The notes beneath the pieces were generated by a model, which saw only the letters and a list, made by a program, of their open reading frames with translations, ran no database searches and was not told the DNA's origin. A DNA stretch of 63,189 bases, filler included, from Reticulomyxa filosa (taxonomy: Eukaryota > Protista > Foraminifera): assembly GCA_000512085.1 (NCBI GenBank). It is 17 parts of 17 records of this genome, joined end to end, with 100 filler letters (N's around TTAATTAATTAA, not from the genome) between each part and the next. Parts side by side here need not be neighbours in the genome. Positions count along the whole stretch, not along the records: positions 38,521 to 47,208 come from ASPP01002562.1; positions 47,309 to 56,479 come from ASPP01003695.1; 15 more parts are not named here. The stretch is one strand, 5' to 3'. Below, one piece after another: positions 38,560-51,215 of this stretch. The stretch's first letter is position 1. Every line of letters begins with the position of its first letter. Both the position numbers and the translations under genes were made by a program.

Positions 38560-39545
38560 GAAATTAAACTGATAACAGCGTTCAAAGAAGAGCGATCAAT
38601 TTTCTTCATTTTCGACAGCTTCAACATTTCTTCAGACAAATGTGCGTGCATTCCGTATTTGTTAATATTGCCAAAATGCAAGCGCGACAAGCCACCAGTC
38701 CAGACTGAATTGGTAAAGCCATGGCCCGAGTAGTCTTGCTCATCGCACTCGTTTTTGTGCACAGAGAACGCAGCAGAGGAGGTTGCATTGGTGTATGTCG
38801 GATCACCCATTGCCATCCAATAGTAGTCACTGTTATTGGTATGTACATGTCCTTGTCCGTTCTCCGTCCTTATTGGCATTGTTGCTGTTGTTGTTGCTGT
38901 TGGTGGTGGTGGTGGTGGTGGTGGTGGTGCGGTCACGGCATTGATGTCATATGTATTGCACCAATGCTCTTGCAACGTCTTTATACTTTGTTCCAACTTT
39001 TGATACTTTTTGTAATCATACCAACTGTTGAAGTCGCGTTGAATGGTTGGGAAATAATTGGGTGCAAAGGACACTGTCTCCAAACGTTTCCACACTTGAT
39101 TGCCCACTTCGAAAAATGTTCTGTTCACGCGCGAAATACCGTGCGACAGGTCAAAGGGATAGAGGTACTGAAACAAGTATTGCAGTATATGTGTAGGCAT
39201 CATCTCACTGAAATTCGCGTGTCTTTTTCTTATGTTGTTGCTGTGTTTTAATAGTCGATGACCTTCACCTCTTCTCTCTAATACTGGTAGTGATCCGTTT
39301 TTCCTCACTTTTCGTGACCATTGCTGTTGTGCTTCCTCTTCCTCTCCCTCTCCCTCTTCTTCCTCTTCTTCTTCTTTTCTTAGCTTTTCAAACGCTTCTT
39401 TGCCTACCGATAACACATTCTTTTCAACAAGTGCTGGATTCGGAGTTAAATTAGAGTTCGTTGACTGAGTTGTCATATTCATTGGCAATACTCGGCGTTG
39501 TCTTTTGCTGTATGACACCAAGTCCAGACTAAGAGAGGTCAGCAT
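38560..39545 (-). CDS. F-box protein, 3' truncated
   Basis: MPTHILQYLFQYLYPFDLSHGISRVNRTFFEVGNQVWK matches the F-box pattern; poly-E and poly-P linkers. Confidence 0.7.
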
Positions 39546-40296
39546 GCAACTAGCCAAATACAAAATTTCACTGATTAGAGTTGGAGTTTTTGTTGATTTG
39601 AGTTTGGAGCATATAACAACGTTTCCTTTCCCTTTACTTTTCTATTCGCCTTGTTTCACGGAAGATATAAATTAACGTGTCTTTTTTTTTTATAAACCTT
39701 TCAACTGTCACGTGTGATGTCCAAAGTGTAAGCTGTGTTATCATAGTGAAATATTAGACACATGTTCTTTTTTTATATATTTTTGCTACATATGTAATGT
39801 TAAACATATATTAATTTGACTAAGGTGGTTTGTATATTTTATTTTTTATTTAAAGAGCTACACACTAAAATTTGCTGTTTCAGAAAAAGTATTGAAAAAA
39901 TTTCAAAAAAATTTTAATTTACAAAAGCAATGCCAAATTTAAAATGTTATAGATTAAAACTACGTAGTGCAACGTTAAGATGATGGTAAATCTAATGTAC
40001 GTTCTTGTAAGAATTTTTCAGAGTTATATTTCATTGTGTTTTTATTTCCCTTTTGCAATAACATTATTTCCTAGTCTATTGTTAAATCTTAGTTGAAGGT
40101 GTGTCCATCTTCAACCAATTCAATTTTGTAGTTTTTGTGTAAATTTTTTTTTTTTTTTGTCTGCTCTTTACTTATCCGTCTTTCTAGATTTTTTATTGTT
40201 GAAATCTTTATTTGTAATACTTGTTTTTGCATTTCTGTTGATTTCTATTTTTGAACCGGATAAGCATAGGGCTTCTCAAAGCTAATTACAAATAGA

Positions 40297-41739
40297 ATGA
40301 CCAATGAATGCGATGTGTAAACTCAAAACAAACCAGTGACAAAGAAACATCTTTTTTTTTTTACTCGCATTTTCGCTTTTTATTTTTTTTAAGGGAAAAA
40401 GAAAGGCTTTGAGTATTATGTGTTTGTATACATAACATACATATAATTTTCTAATTTGGTTGATTGATATTATGATTGGGGAGGGAGTTAGAATGGAAAC
40501 CTCACAAGAATTGTTAACAAACAACGCAGATTCGAATGGCGCGCAAAGCGAGCATGCGGTAAATAGCACTCCTGCCAATATGAATGAAAATAATGATCTC
40601 AGTAATAGCAATGGCACCACCCAAAACGATACTAATAAAGAGATCCACAAAAGTGCAACTACAAATGCAGATACAAATGTAGATGCAAATGTAGATGCAA
40701 ATGTAGATGCAAATGCAGATGCAAATGCAGATGCAAATGCAAATATTGCTGCGGACACTAGCAATGGCCATGAGAGAACCGCTGGTGAAATAGACGACAC
40801 AAATGTATCACAGTCTCTCGGATATGGACCGAGTCGAGGAGCAGCGCAGACGTTGGCAGACACTAGATTTGATCCATTGAAGGCAGATGTCTCGGTGAGT
40901 ATAAAACATAAACGCAAACACAAAAAAAAAAAAAAAAGGGGAAAATGAAAATGCGTATTAACTTTGTTTGCATTGTGGATTGCTTTGGAATTGGTAAAGG
41001 CGAGCTTAATGGCTACTGCAACAACTAAACAAACTTTGGCAAATGCCAAACAGCAATCCCTCCTTACACAAAAAATAAAACAAATAAATCCATACACATG
41101 GCCATCGAATATTTCAGCAGAGCAGCAATCTTATGGGTCAGTCTATCCGGGATGGCCTGTTGAAACTGATTACAGTGCTTTGGGTATTATTTGTATGCTT
41201 TTCGGGGGGGGGGGAGAAAAAGAGAGAGTTTGAAAAGGCAACAAAATATGTAAATAAACAAATGTCCATCACACAATACAATACGAAACAAAAATAAAGC
41301 TGGATTGACACCGACCAATTCGCAATTTGTGAATCCTCAACAAGCACTAGCATTCAATCAAACATTTGCAATGGGTTTAAATCCTTTCTTGGTTAATCCT
41401 TTGATGAACCCTTTTGCTAATACTTTACAAAATGCTCTAAATGTCAGTATGCCGGATGGTAAACAACACTCGTTATTTGTATTTCATCTCCCTGAAGACG
41501 TTGATGATCATGGGTTATTGCAGTTGTTTTTACCTTATGGAGCAACTCGTGCTAATGTAATGAGACAAGAAGATGGAAGGACAAAAGGATTTGGTTTTGT
41601 TCATTTCAATAATAGACATGATGCTACCATTGCCATCGAAATGATGAACGGTCACCAAATTGGCCGAAAGAGATTAATGGTCTCGTTCAAAAAAAACAAA
41701 AATGAAGTCACACGTCCCAGCAATCTAACTCAGCAATAA
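40297..41739 (+). CDS. RNA-binding protein with a C-terminal CELF/ELAV-like RRM; exons 40297-40316, 40492-40894, 41000-41183, 41300-41739
   Basis: LFVFHLP (RNP2), KGFGFVHF (RNP1), MNGHQIGRKRLMVSFK; splice sites in frame. Confidence 0.85.
40663..40745 (+). repeat. 12-bp coding minisatellite GATGCAAATG(T/C)A encoding DANV/DANA
   Basis: About 6 tandem copies visible. Confidence 0.85.
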
Positions 41740-42457
41740 TCTTCTTATGGACTAATACATCTTTTGAAAAGACAAAAAAAAAAAATGTATCACAGGGTTT
41801 TTCTTATTTGTTTTTGCCAATTCAATAAACACATGACCAAAGTGTTTGGTTCTAATCCCAAGCCGTGATAATCCGCCAATTCCAAAAAACAAAAAAAGAC
41901 CTTTCGAACGTGTTATGACAAAGAGAACCTTACTTTGCTTATCACTGTTTTTTCGGTGTACGTGTTTTGTGTTATGGAAAAACAAACAATTAGCTTTCTG
42001 TTGTAATCCGTTACTACTTTGGTCTTGTTCTTTGCTCCAATCAAAAAAGGGAAATTCTTTCTGACAAGCTTTCAAATCTGATCTGCTGTAATTACTGCTA
42101 TTTTTAGAAGAATGACTTAAAACGTAAGTACAGTACGCGCAATTTGTTGACAGACACAAAGAAACTAAGGTTTTGGTACATATTGATAAAAAAGTGTTAC
42201 CAGTTAACACAACAGTGTCTGCTTATGAACCCACACATCTTTACAAGATTTCTTGTGATATGTTCGCAACAAAAAATCGACTCTTTTTTCATTCGAAATA
42301 GTAGTTCAACTTTTATCTTATAGATGAAATAGAAGATACAATTATTTATCTTTCACAAAAAATATTTAGATACAAAAGGAGCAGTAAAGATAGAATTGCA
42401 GTTCCGTTTTGAAAGAAAACTGGCAAACTTGTAGAATAGTGAAAAAAGAAGAATGAG

Positions 42458-43195
42458 CTAAGCAGCTCTTTTTTGCATTTTCTCGATTATGTCATTGAAA
42501 ACATCTTGAAATTCTTTGATAGTATCAAAATTATTCCAAATAACTTCAATATGAACTTTGGAAGAAATTTTTTTATCTTGTGCTGTTGCAATTCGTTTTT
42601 CATTATCCATTTGCGCATCAATTCGTGCACTTGCCTGCTCAGCACTTAAATGAGAATTGCGTTTTAAAATACGTGCGCAAGCTTTCACTTTATCTGCACA
42701 CACAACCCAAAGTTCGTCCCAAATGTTCAATTGTAAGTGCCATTGAGCCTCCAATAAAACAGCTGCTTCAAAGAATAAAAAAAGTGTTGATTCCTCTTCT
42801 TTTGTTTGACTGGGTTTCGTTTTTTCTTTCCAAATGGACACCATTTCATCTCCTATTCTTGGCCACATCACTTGGTTCAATTGCTCCATTTTCTTTTTGT
42901 CACTGAATACAATATTTCCAAGTTTTACACGATCAATCACTTTTGTTATCCCAAGTTCTTCACTTTCATTTACTTTTACTTCGTTTGTCGTTGTTATATT
43001 TTGCTCACCAAATAATTCGCACAATTTCGTTATTGTTTTTGGCTCTTTCAGTACGTGGTGGCCAATACTATCCGCGTTTATTATTTCCACGTTCTTTAGG
43101 TTTCGTAACAGTTCACAAAGAGTTGTCTTTCCACTTCCAATTCCACCACAGATACCTATCGTTCGAACTTTTCTTTTATATTCTATATGGGTCAT
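42458..43195 (-). CDS. coaE: Dephospho-CoA kinase
   Basis: IGICGGIGSGKTT P-loop, IINADSIGH, IDRVKLGNIVFSD, EAAVLLEA, ARIDAQM. Confidence 0.92.
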   Translation of the reverse strand: MTHIEYKRKVRTIGICGGIGSGKTTLCELLRNLKNVEIINADSIGHHVLKEPKTITKLCELFGEQNITTTNEVKVNESEELGITKVIDRVKLGNIVFSDKKKMEQLNQVMWPRIGDEMVSIWKEKTKPSQTKEEESTLFLFFEAAVLLEAQWHLQLNIWDELWVVCADKVKACARILKRNSHLSAEQASARIDAQMDNEKRIATAQDKKISSKVHIEVIWNNFDTIKEFQDVFNDIIEKMQKRAA

Positions 43196-45146
43196 CTTTT
43201 TTAAATCACGATATGGTAACTTAGTTCAGGGGGAACAAAAACTACTTGTTTTTCGTAGACATAACTATTTTTTAAAAGTCTATCAGCATAATCAACGGAT
43301 GTTGCAATGTTCAAAATGAGTGTCTCTTCTTTCTTATGGAAAAAAACAAGACTTATTTGGTGTTCCAGTTTTCAAGCTAGATTTGTTGCAAAAGTATTCC
43401 CTTTAAGCATTGTATACTTTTTTAAGTGTATACTTCCGTTGTTTTGTAAAAGGAATGAATTTATGCAATATTTTTTGACGAAGGAAAAAATTATTATATT
43501 GTAAAAAATAAGAACTGTCGCCGAAAAACAAAGAAGTTCGAAGAGAGTCCCTTTTCTCTCGTAGCAACAGTTGTACACACAAAGCTTCTCTTTGTTTGTC
43601 TGCTTTTAGTTTACCCTGCTATCATATCTTTTCAATATAACTGTTAAAATTTTCTTTAATGAGTATTGACCACTCGTATTACAAACTTTTTTGTAACGAC
43701 AGCAAGAATCATTTGAAAAATAAATACACTTCAAATTGCAAATAGTCCAAAATCAGTTCTTTTGCGGCTGTTGATGCTCATTAGAATTAATGTTCGTATG
43801 AGTACAGATAATTCATAATCTGTCCAAAAAAAAAATGTCAAAACATCTGTCGTTACTCTTATAGCTTTTGTTGGTGTAGTCATAAGACAGCTAAAAGCAG
43901 CTGCTTGCAAAGGTATCAATAAAATATTTATATATTCCCTTTCTAAAAAAAAAAATGACACTAGCAAATTACAATAATACATGTTAGTGATGCGTGGAGA
44001 GTACGGGATCCCGAAATCCACAGCACAAGAATAGCATAGTAGCTGCAAAGTGCATGTCATGACACATGCAAAAAAAGAAGACAATGAGTGCGAAACAAAA
44101 TGCACCATATGTCTTCTCAAAAGTGGTACCACGAATAAATAGCCATGTGACAAACAATCACATAGTCTATAAAAAAAAATGAAAGTGGACCACTAAAAAA
44201 GCATATGGAAAAGACCTAGTGAGTAAGGGGCCCTGAAACCTAAGGTCTGAAATCGTGCATGCACTTTTACATGCGTGGAAGCAAATATGAGCATATGACT
44301 CATATTTTGCCAGTGTGGAATGGCATTCAAAGTGGCCAACCGAGCAATGGGTGACAGCGTGTGTGAGACTCATTGTCTGATTAAAGAATGCCACCACAAT
44401 CCCGCATGACTAAGACGACGAGAACACCAACAGTTTTTTTTTGTTTATTTTTTTTGCTAAATTGTAATGTTAACAATTGATTGTTAGTGAAGCTTTTTTT
44501 TAGTGTGTGCGTTTTTTGTCGCGTGTGTTGACTTAATTACACTTTATTTATCGTGTCATAATCCCCTTTTTTATCGCGTGCTTGTTTTAGTTACTCTTGC
44601 TTAACCTTAATTTTGTAAAGAGCACTTTTTTGTAACTATTGTTTGAAAAACACTTTTTGTCGCGTGTCAAGAAGTTCCTGACCGTTGTGTATGAAAAAAT
44701 TCGTATCGCATGTGAATATTGTTTGTGAAGAAATCATTATTTTTTTTTATTTGTGAAGAAGTTGTGTCTGCTATCACCTCCCTTTTTTTTTGTGCGTGTT
44801 GTGCTTTTGTCATTCTTTTTTAAAATTCTCTTCAAAGTGCTCTTTACATTGCAGTATTTGAATAAATTTACAAAGATTTAAAATAAGATGACTGAAGAGT
44901 CTGTGCGTCTTTCTTTATCAAATGCATTTACTTTGATTGCAGTAGAAAGCCATGTTTAATCGGATAATTGCATTCTTCATAATCGAATTTCACAATTTTT
45001 TCAATATAAAATGAAACTGGCTTGTGTAAAACGACTTGTTCTTTTGGACGTAGCGTTTGGAGCAACAAAAATAATCGGCTTTTTCTTGTCCGAACCACGA
45101 GGAGATCAAGTTGCAGCTTTAAAAATAGCTGAGATAATAATTTGCA

Positions 45147-45878
45147 ATGTCTTCCCAAAATCTTTTCTCAGATAATATTATGACCCTTACTGACGAGTCA
45201 AACATTCTCATTTTGACAATGAAGAATGGAGAAAACCGTTTTTCGCGTAGTTTTGTGAACAGTTTGAACGAAGCACTGGATGCGATAGAAAAAACGCAAA
45301 ATCCCAAAGTGCTAATAATAACTGGAAGTGACAAATTCTTTAGTAATGGATTGGATTTGGGAGGAATTCAAAAAGATGTAACATTGCTTCCAGCAGTAAC
45401 AAAGGTGCTGTCACGTATTTTGGTTCTGGGGATCCCAACTGTCGCGGCAATCAACGGTCATGCATATGGAGCCGGCTTGTTTTTGGCAATGTGTTGCGAT
45501 TGGAGATTTATGCGCAAAGATCGAGGCTATTTGTGTTTCCCAGAAGTAGATTTGGGACTTCCGTTCTCTTGGGGATTTGCAAAAGTGGTGACAAGCAAAA
45601 TCGAGAAAAATCTGTTTCGAGAGATGTCCTTGTTAGCTAAAAAATATGATGCATCTGAAGCAAAACAGAAAGGGATTGTCGATGACGTGTTCGAATCGAG
45701 CGAGCTATTATCACAATCCAAAAAGTTTGCAACCACTGTGTTGTTGGGAAAAAGCAAACATCGTGGAGCCTACCATAAAATGAAAGTCGAATTATATATT
45801 GAAGCGTATTTGGGGTTGAAAAACTTTTCCCCTACGAACACGGACGAATATGCCTCGACAACAAAATCAAAATTGTAA
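45147..45878 (+). CDS. Peroxisomal delta3,delta2-enoyl-CoA isomerase (crotonase family), intronless
   Basis: KFFSNGLDL, PTVAAINGHAYGAG, LCFPEVDLG; C-terminal SKL (PTS1). Confidence 0.9.
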   Translation: MSSQNLFSDNIMTLTDESNILILTMKNGENRFSRSFVNSLNEALDAIEKTQNPKVLIITGSDKFFSNGLDLGGIQKDVTLLPAVTKVLSRILVLGIPTVAAINGHAYGAGLFLAMCCDWRFMRKDRGYLCFPEVDLGLPFSWGFAKVVTSKIEKNLFREMSLLAKKYDASEAKQKGIVDDVFESSELLSQSKKFATTVLLGKSKHRGAYHKMKVELYIEAYLGLKNFSPTNTDEYASTTKSKL

Positions 45879-46464
45879 CCACCCTTTTTTTTTTATCTTA
45901 CAAAATTGAAAGCAAATTGCTTTTTAGGGAATCATTGGGTGTGTGTTGAGTGTTTTTTTTTTTTTTTGCTTGCAACTGAGCGTGCATGAATGTGGCTCTT
46001 GCAGTTATCACATTTAAATTGCAATTTTCTATGTGTTTCTTTGTCTGACCTAACAAGTTAAATTTAGACCAAAAGTAAATAGCCACAACTTTAACTTTAT
46101 TATTCATTACGATGAAATATTATCTTTAATATCACTTGTGAAACATTCTACTTGGTCGCGTAAAAAATTGGGGGCGTAGGTCAAAAAGTTCAAACTCTGT
46201 GGACATTTTTAATGGTGTTGCCCTTCAAATAATATATAATACATTTGATATTAATCTCTCTCTCAAAAATGTTTCACTGTCTTGAAGCAGGAGACACCGA
46301 TGCGCCATTGATTGACGGGAAAAAAAAAAATCAAAAGACACCGGACCTGACCACCCTAAGAAATCAGTTGGGTTTATCAAGTGCTTAATGAGCTAAAAAC
46401 CCAAGAGAATGAAAAGGCAAAATAGACAAGAAAAAAAAAAAAAAAACAACTACAAAAATGAAAA

Positions 46465-46992
46465 ATGAGCCAGCCACAACCACCCCGAAGCAATTGGAAG
46501 CCAAATTTGGCACAAGAGGCAAACCAAGAGCCGAAGACAAGAGCAAGTCCAAGTCCCAGCCCAATGAAGCCGAGGACCGTATCAGGACCAACAATAAAGG
46601 ACGGAGGAAAGCGTTATACGTTTGTATTTCGATCTACGCCATTGGAGTCGAGTCGGTACGAGCCAATCAAAGTGGTTTATTTTCTGGCATCGGCAGACGG
46701 ATTTCATCACGACCCGAAAACCCGCGACAGTCAAGATAGTCGACTATCGGACAAGGGTATTCAGCAATGCAAAACGATGTCGAAGTTGTTGCGACAGTCG
46801 AAGCAGGCACATCCAGACATGCTCCTGTGCTCTTCGTTGTATCGCGCACTCCACACTATGAAATTGGTTTGTGCCGATTGGTACGGCGTGGTGGAATGCA
46901 AAGCGCTGGAGACATTGCGGCCACGATACGACAGTTCAATTTGGAATCATCGTTCCAAAATTCCCGAGTTGTCGTCTGCTTTCCCACAAAAA
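46465..46992 (+). CDS. Histidine phosphatase (PGAM-like) superfamily protein lacking the RHG motif; first exon, gene continues to contig end
   Basis: DSRLSDKGIQQC, LLCSSLYRALHTM, ALETLR..NHRS match the PGAM fold; VYFLASADG sits where IYLVRHGEG is expected. Confidence 0.7.
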
Positions 46993-49159
46993 GTGGTATT
47001 CTCGTTAAGTTATTTCTCCTCCTCCCCCCCCCCCTTCCTAACAAAAAAAAAAAAACCACTTTAAGCATTCCTCATTGGATAGATATGTACTGTATGCATA
47101 TATACATATATATCGTCAAATATATATGTGTATATATATGAGTAAAGTGATGCGCAGAGCGCAGAAGACAACCACTTTGGTGATGAAAGCGAAAGTCCTG
47201 AAGAGTTTNNNNNNNNNNNNNNNNNNNNNNNNNNNNNNNNNNNNNNNNNNNNTTAATTAATTAANNNNNNNNNNNNNNNNNNNNNNNNNNNNNNNNNNNN
47301 NNNNNNNNGTTTTATTTTGTTGGTTTGAAGAAACAGCTCCAAACAAAAAGCCATTGGCACACATTTGGGAAAAGGTTCACCTTTTTGTCGTAGTTTTCAT
47401 CGGGAGAAAAAAGTCAAAAAAAGCAAAGTCCGAGTCATAGTCTGATCATCAATCAAACAGGTTGCTTTGTTCATTTTTTTGTTTTTATTTTGCTGTTGTT
47501 TGTTGCCAATATTTGTGATCACTGCTCAAATCGATCTCATCTACTGTCCAAAATGAAGCAACGTGTTTTTTGTACATTTCACAAACCTACATTTTATGCA
47601 GTTGCATCACACAAAAATGCAATGTATTATCTTACTTTGCTTTCACGTTGAAAGAATTTTTCCACACAATGTGCAATTTTGAAATATTACAAACAACCTT
47701 ACCGATCGATTTTGGATTGGGAACATCACAAAACGATTTCCTTGTCCGGTTTCGTTATTTTTGTCGAGGAAGAAGTGCGGTCAGAAAATGACAAGTTGTG
47801 CGAAGAATTTTCTTCGTCAAATGTGGATTCAATTTTTTTTTCTGATAATTTGTTGTCTCCTCGAAACATGTTTGTATGTGACACTTTTCAATAAAAGACA
47901 ATGTGTTCCTAAAAAAAACAAAGCTTGTTGAGAAATACAACTTCCCTTTGAACATTGAAAAAGTCATTGCCAGAACTTGCAGCTATTGATAGGATTGCTG
48001 TCTCAAGTGTTACAAATATCCAAATAATCTTAACTAGTGAAAGTGATCAAACATGATTTGAATAAACATTTCTACAGAAGATATAGTATTTAGTAATGTT
48101 TACAAAGCAAGTCTTTTGTGCAACCGCAAACGATTCAAAATTACTTCAAATAAGTTAAAAAAAGTTAATTCAAAGCTTTGATATAAATAAATTGGCTTGA
48201 ATAATTTAAATTTTTATAATATCTTAAAAATACTAACATTTAAATGATGAACGAAAATGCTTTATGATTACAAAATAACAGATTAAATAAACGTTGCTAT
48301 ATTGAGAAGAACTTCAAAGATTTGTATTTTTGTGCTGCAGTAGTTTAATTTTTTTCTGGAGCGAATTTATATTTACAAACTTTGCCGATTCCCATGACCT
48401 AGTGTGTCTATAAAATAAATGATTTTATTTTGATTTTTCAATGTTGTATTTTCTTTAGCAATCAGAGTTTTTAAGTCAAGTGGTGTAATTTTTTAACTTT
48501 TTTTCAAACCAAACAATCATCTTGTTTTCTTTCATTTAAATTCATTACTTTTTCCAAAAATGTAATTTTGCAAACGTGCTGATTGGTTTTCTTTTTGAAA
48601 AAATGCTTTGTAAATTCCGAACAATTTTTCTAGTTGTTTTTTTTTATGAATTTGGAATTGGATAAACGTTGCTTACAGCTGGAGATGCTTTAATGGACAG
48701 TATTTTTTTTTTTTTAATTTGCAATTGATGCACTTGCAAATAAGTGTTTTTGCCTCTTTTTTACTGTTTCAATTTTTGCCTTTGAATATAACATTTGAAT
48801 GTGTATTATACAAAATTTTAAATATGCAAATTTTATTATAAACTATTAGTTTATTTTCTTTTTTTTATATCAATTAATTATAATTATATTACTTGTAGTA
48901 ACAATTTGTATATTAGAATCACTGTGAGAAAATAAAATTCAGGATCCATGTATTCTATTATTTTTCGAATACTTAAAATCAACTTTATTTATAAAATTAA
49001 ATTTTTTCTTTATTATTTGCAGAAAATAAAATTTGAACATTCAATAATATAATTTTTGAAATACTTAAATTTTAATTATCATAATTATAAAAAAGTGATT
49101 TTAAAGTCGTAGGATCAATGGGATCTCCTATATAGTGCATTTTTTATGATGACTATGAT

Positions 49160-49730
49160 TTAATTGAATTGAACTTATCTTCAAAGAAATACAAAAGATA
49201 CAATCAAGAAATCAAAGAAGAAGAGTTTCAAGTATGTGTGATACTGGATAAAAGAGAAAAATTAATAAATATGAAGCAATTGACATTTGAAGAACTTGTT
49301 CGTCAGAGTTATTCTTGTTTGGAATAGAAAGACTTGTAAAAGATTAAAAATGAAAATTTAAAGTTTGAATTAGTTAATATGCAAAATAATATTATTGATT
49401 CGGATGAGTCTATAATAAAAGAATTTAGAAATAAAAACAATAAATTCAAAATAATTTGGATTCCGGTGCAGAAATTAATGATTAACCATGCATTAGTGAT
49501 CAGTGGATATGATAATACCAAATCATGTGATAACCTTTCAAAGACGAAAGAAAATTGCGTTACAAACTTTAGCAATTATTTAAACAAGAATTAAAATATA
49601 AACTTTTATGCAATCAATCACCAAGTATGACGAAGGAAGCTATTCAAAGATTTTTATTTAGAGCAATCGTAGATAACGAACTACACACAAACGAATATAA
49701 TTATGATGCGTTGAAGGCAATATAATAAAT
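49160..49730 (+). pseudogene. Caspase-like (peptidase C14-fold) gene remnant
   Basis: INHALVI..YDN, NLSKTKEN, LCNQSPSMTKE, HTNEYNYDAL resemble the N-terminal part of caspase-like domains; many stops. Confidence 0.55.
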
Positions 49731-50816
49731 TACAAAAATTAGATTAAAAATTAAAAAAGAAAAAATGAAATACTTAAAATTAAAAACATATTTAGTCTAG
49801 ACAAAGATGACGATATCTTGTAATCGATTGGACATTATGATTAGTGTAGTTTAATCAAATCGCATGCCATCACATTTACACAAAAAGACAATTGGAACTG
49901 AGGACATATACAATCATCAAATGATTTACAAACTTTTAGATATTGTTGCTGTGGAAAAGAAAGTAATACAATTATTCCAGTTTATTGTACCCAACGTTTA
50001 TTGGCGAATGCAATGAAAGAATTTTATCACAAGAAAAAATATGAACGTATTACAGATAAAATTAAAAATAAATTTTATTCCTTTTTTTTCTAATCTTTGC
50101 AATATTTTTTTATATTATGAAGCTTACATTGTCCATCGGTTAACGATTGCCGTTGTACTATTTGATTGAATTTTAAGTTATTTTTATTTTACTTATTGAT
50201 GTCTTCCTTTTTGTCATTGTTTTTCTTATTTGCTTATTATTTCCAAATTTGTATCTTTTCCGCCTGTTGCTTCTTTTTGCCTATTGCACTTTTTTTATGT
50301 AAATATAACTTCTTTCTTTTTTTTTGATAACTTCACACTTGTTTCTGCACTTAATGATATTATGGCATGACATATTTTCAAATATGCACGAGCAGACTGC
50401 CAGAAATTCTATCAGCAAGACCGTAAACATAAAGTGAAACTAATATTTTAATATTTGCCACTGAGAGACTACAAGATGACTCAAATTTACACGATAAACT
50501 TTTTTTCTCTTTTAACACAATCAAATTTTTTAAAAATACGGTATCTCTTGACACAAACTATTTTTTCATTATCTAAATGTACCGTTTTAACTTTAATCTG
50601 ACTGTTAAAAATAAAACATTTCCAAAAAGACAACATTTACTGCTTTCAATCTAAAACTAAACCGCCAAAAAATGAAAATTTGTGTTGAAATAGTGATAAA
50701 ATAGTAAGTCTGAATGTGATGTAGTTTTACAAAAGTGAAAAAACTATTGGCATTTGTATATTTGTTGATAGGTAAATCACATTTTACAAAAATAGTATAT
50801 TAAATCTAGAGAAAAG

Positions 50817-51215
50817 CTGCAATTTGTAATTGTAATTAATAATAATAAATATGTGTACGTACAGCTTCGTAAAAACCTTAACTGGGAAAACAATCAAGTT
50901 GGACGTTGAACCAAATGACAATCCAACATGTGAAAGCCAATTCAAGACAAGGAATGCATTCATCCAGAGCAACAACGATTAATTTTTGCCGGAAAACAAT
51001 TGGAAGATAGAAGGACCTTGAATGATTACAACATACAAAAAGAAAGCACGTTACATTGATACTGTACTTACGAGGCTTTGCCATACAAATGTAAATTATA
51101 TATTTTTGTTTTTGTTTTGAACTCTTTAGTTAAAAAATTAAAATGTTTGTTTTAAAAATAGTTTCGTAAAGACTTTGACCGGCAAAACTATTTCCTTAGA
51201 TGCTGACCTATCATA
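50817..51215 (+). pseudogene. Polyubiquitin pseudogene (one unit plus start of a second, introns retained)
   Basis: [50 protein letters not shown], then intron 51091-51161 and FVKTLTGKTISLDAD; small deletions shift the frame. Confidence 0.92.

Noticed and set aside
43740-44420. Cys-rich degenerate reading, possibly a zinc-finger remnant
   Set aside because: Too degraded for a consistent motif.
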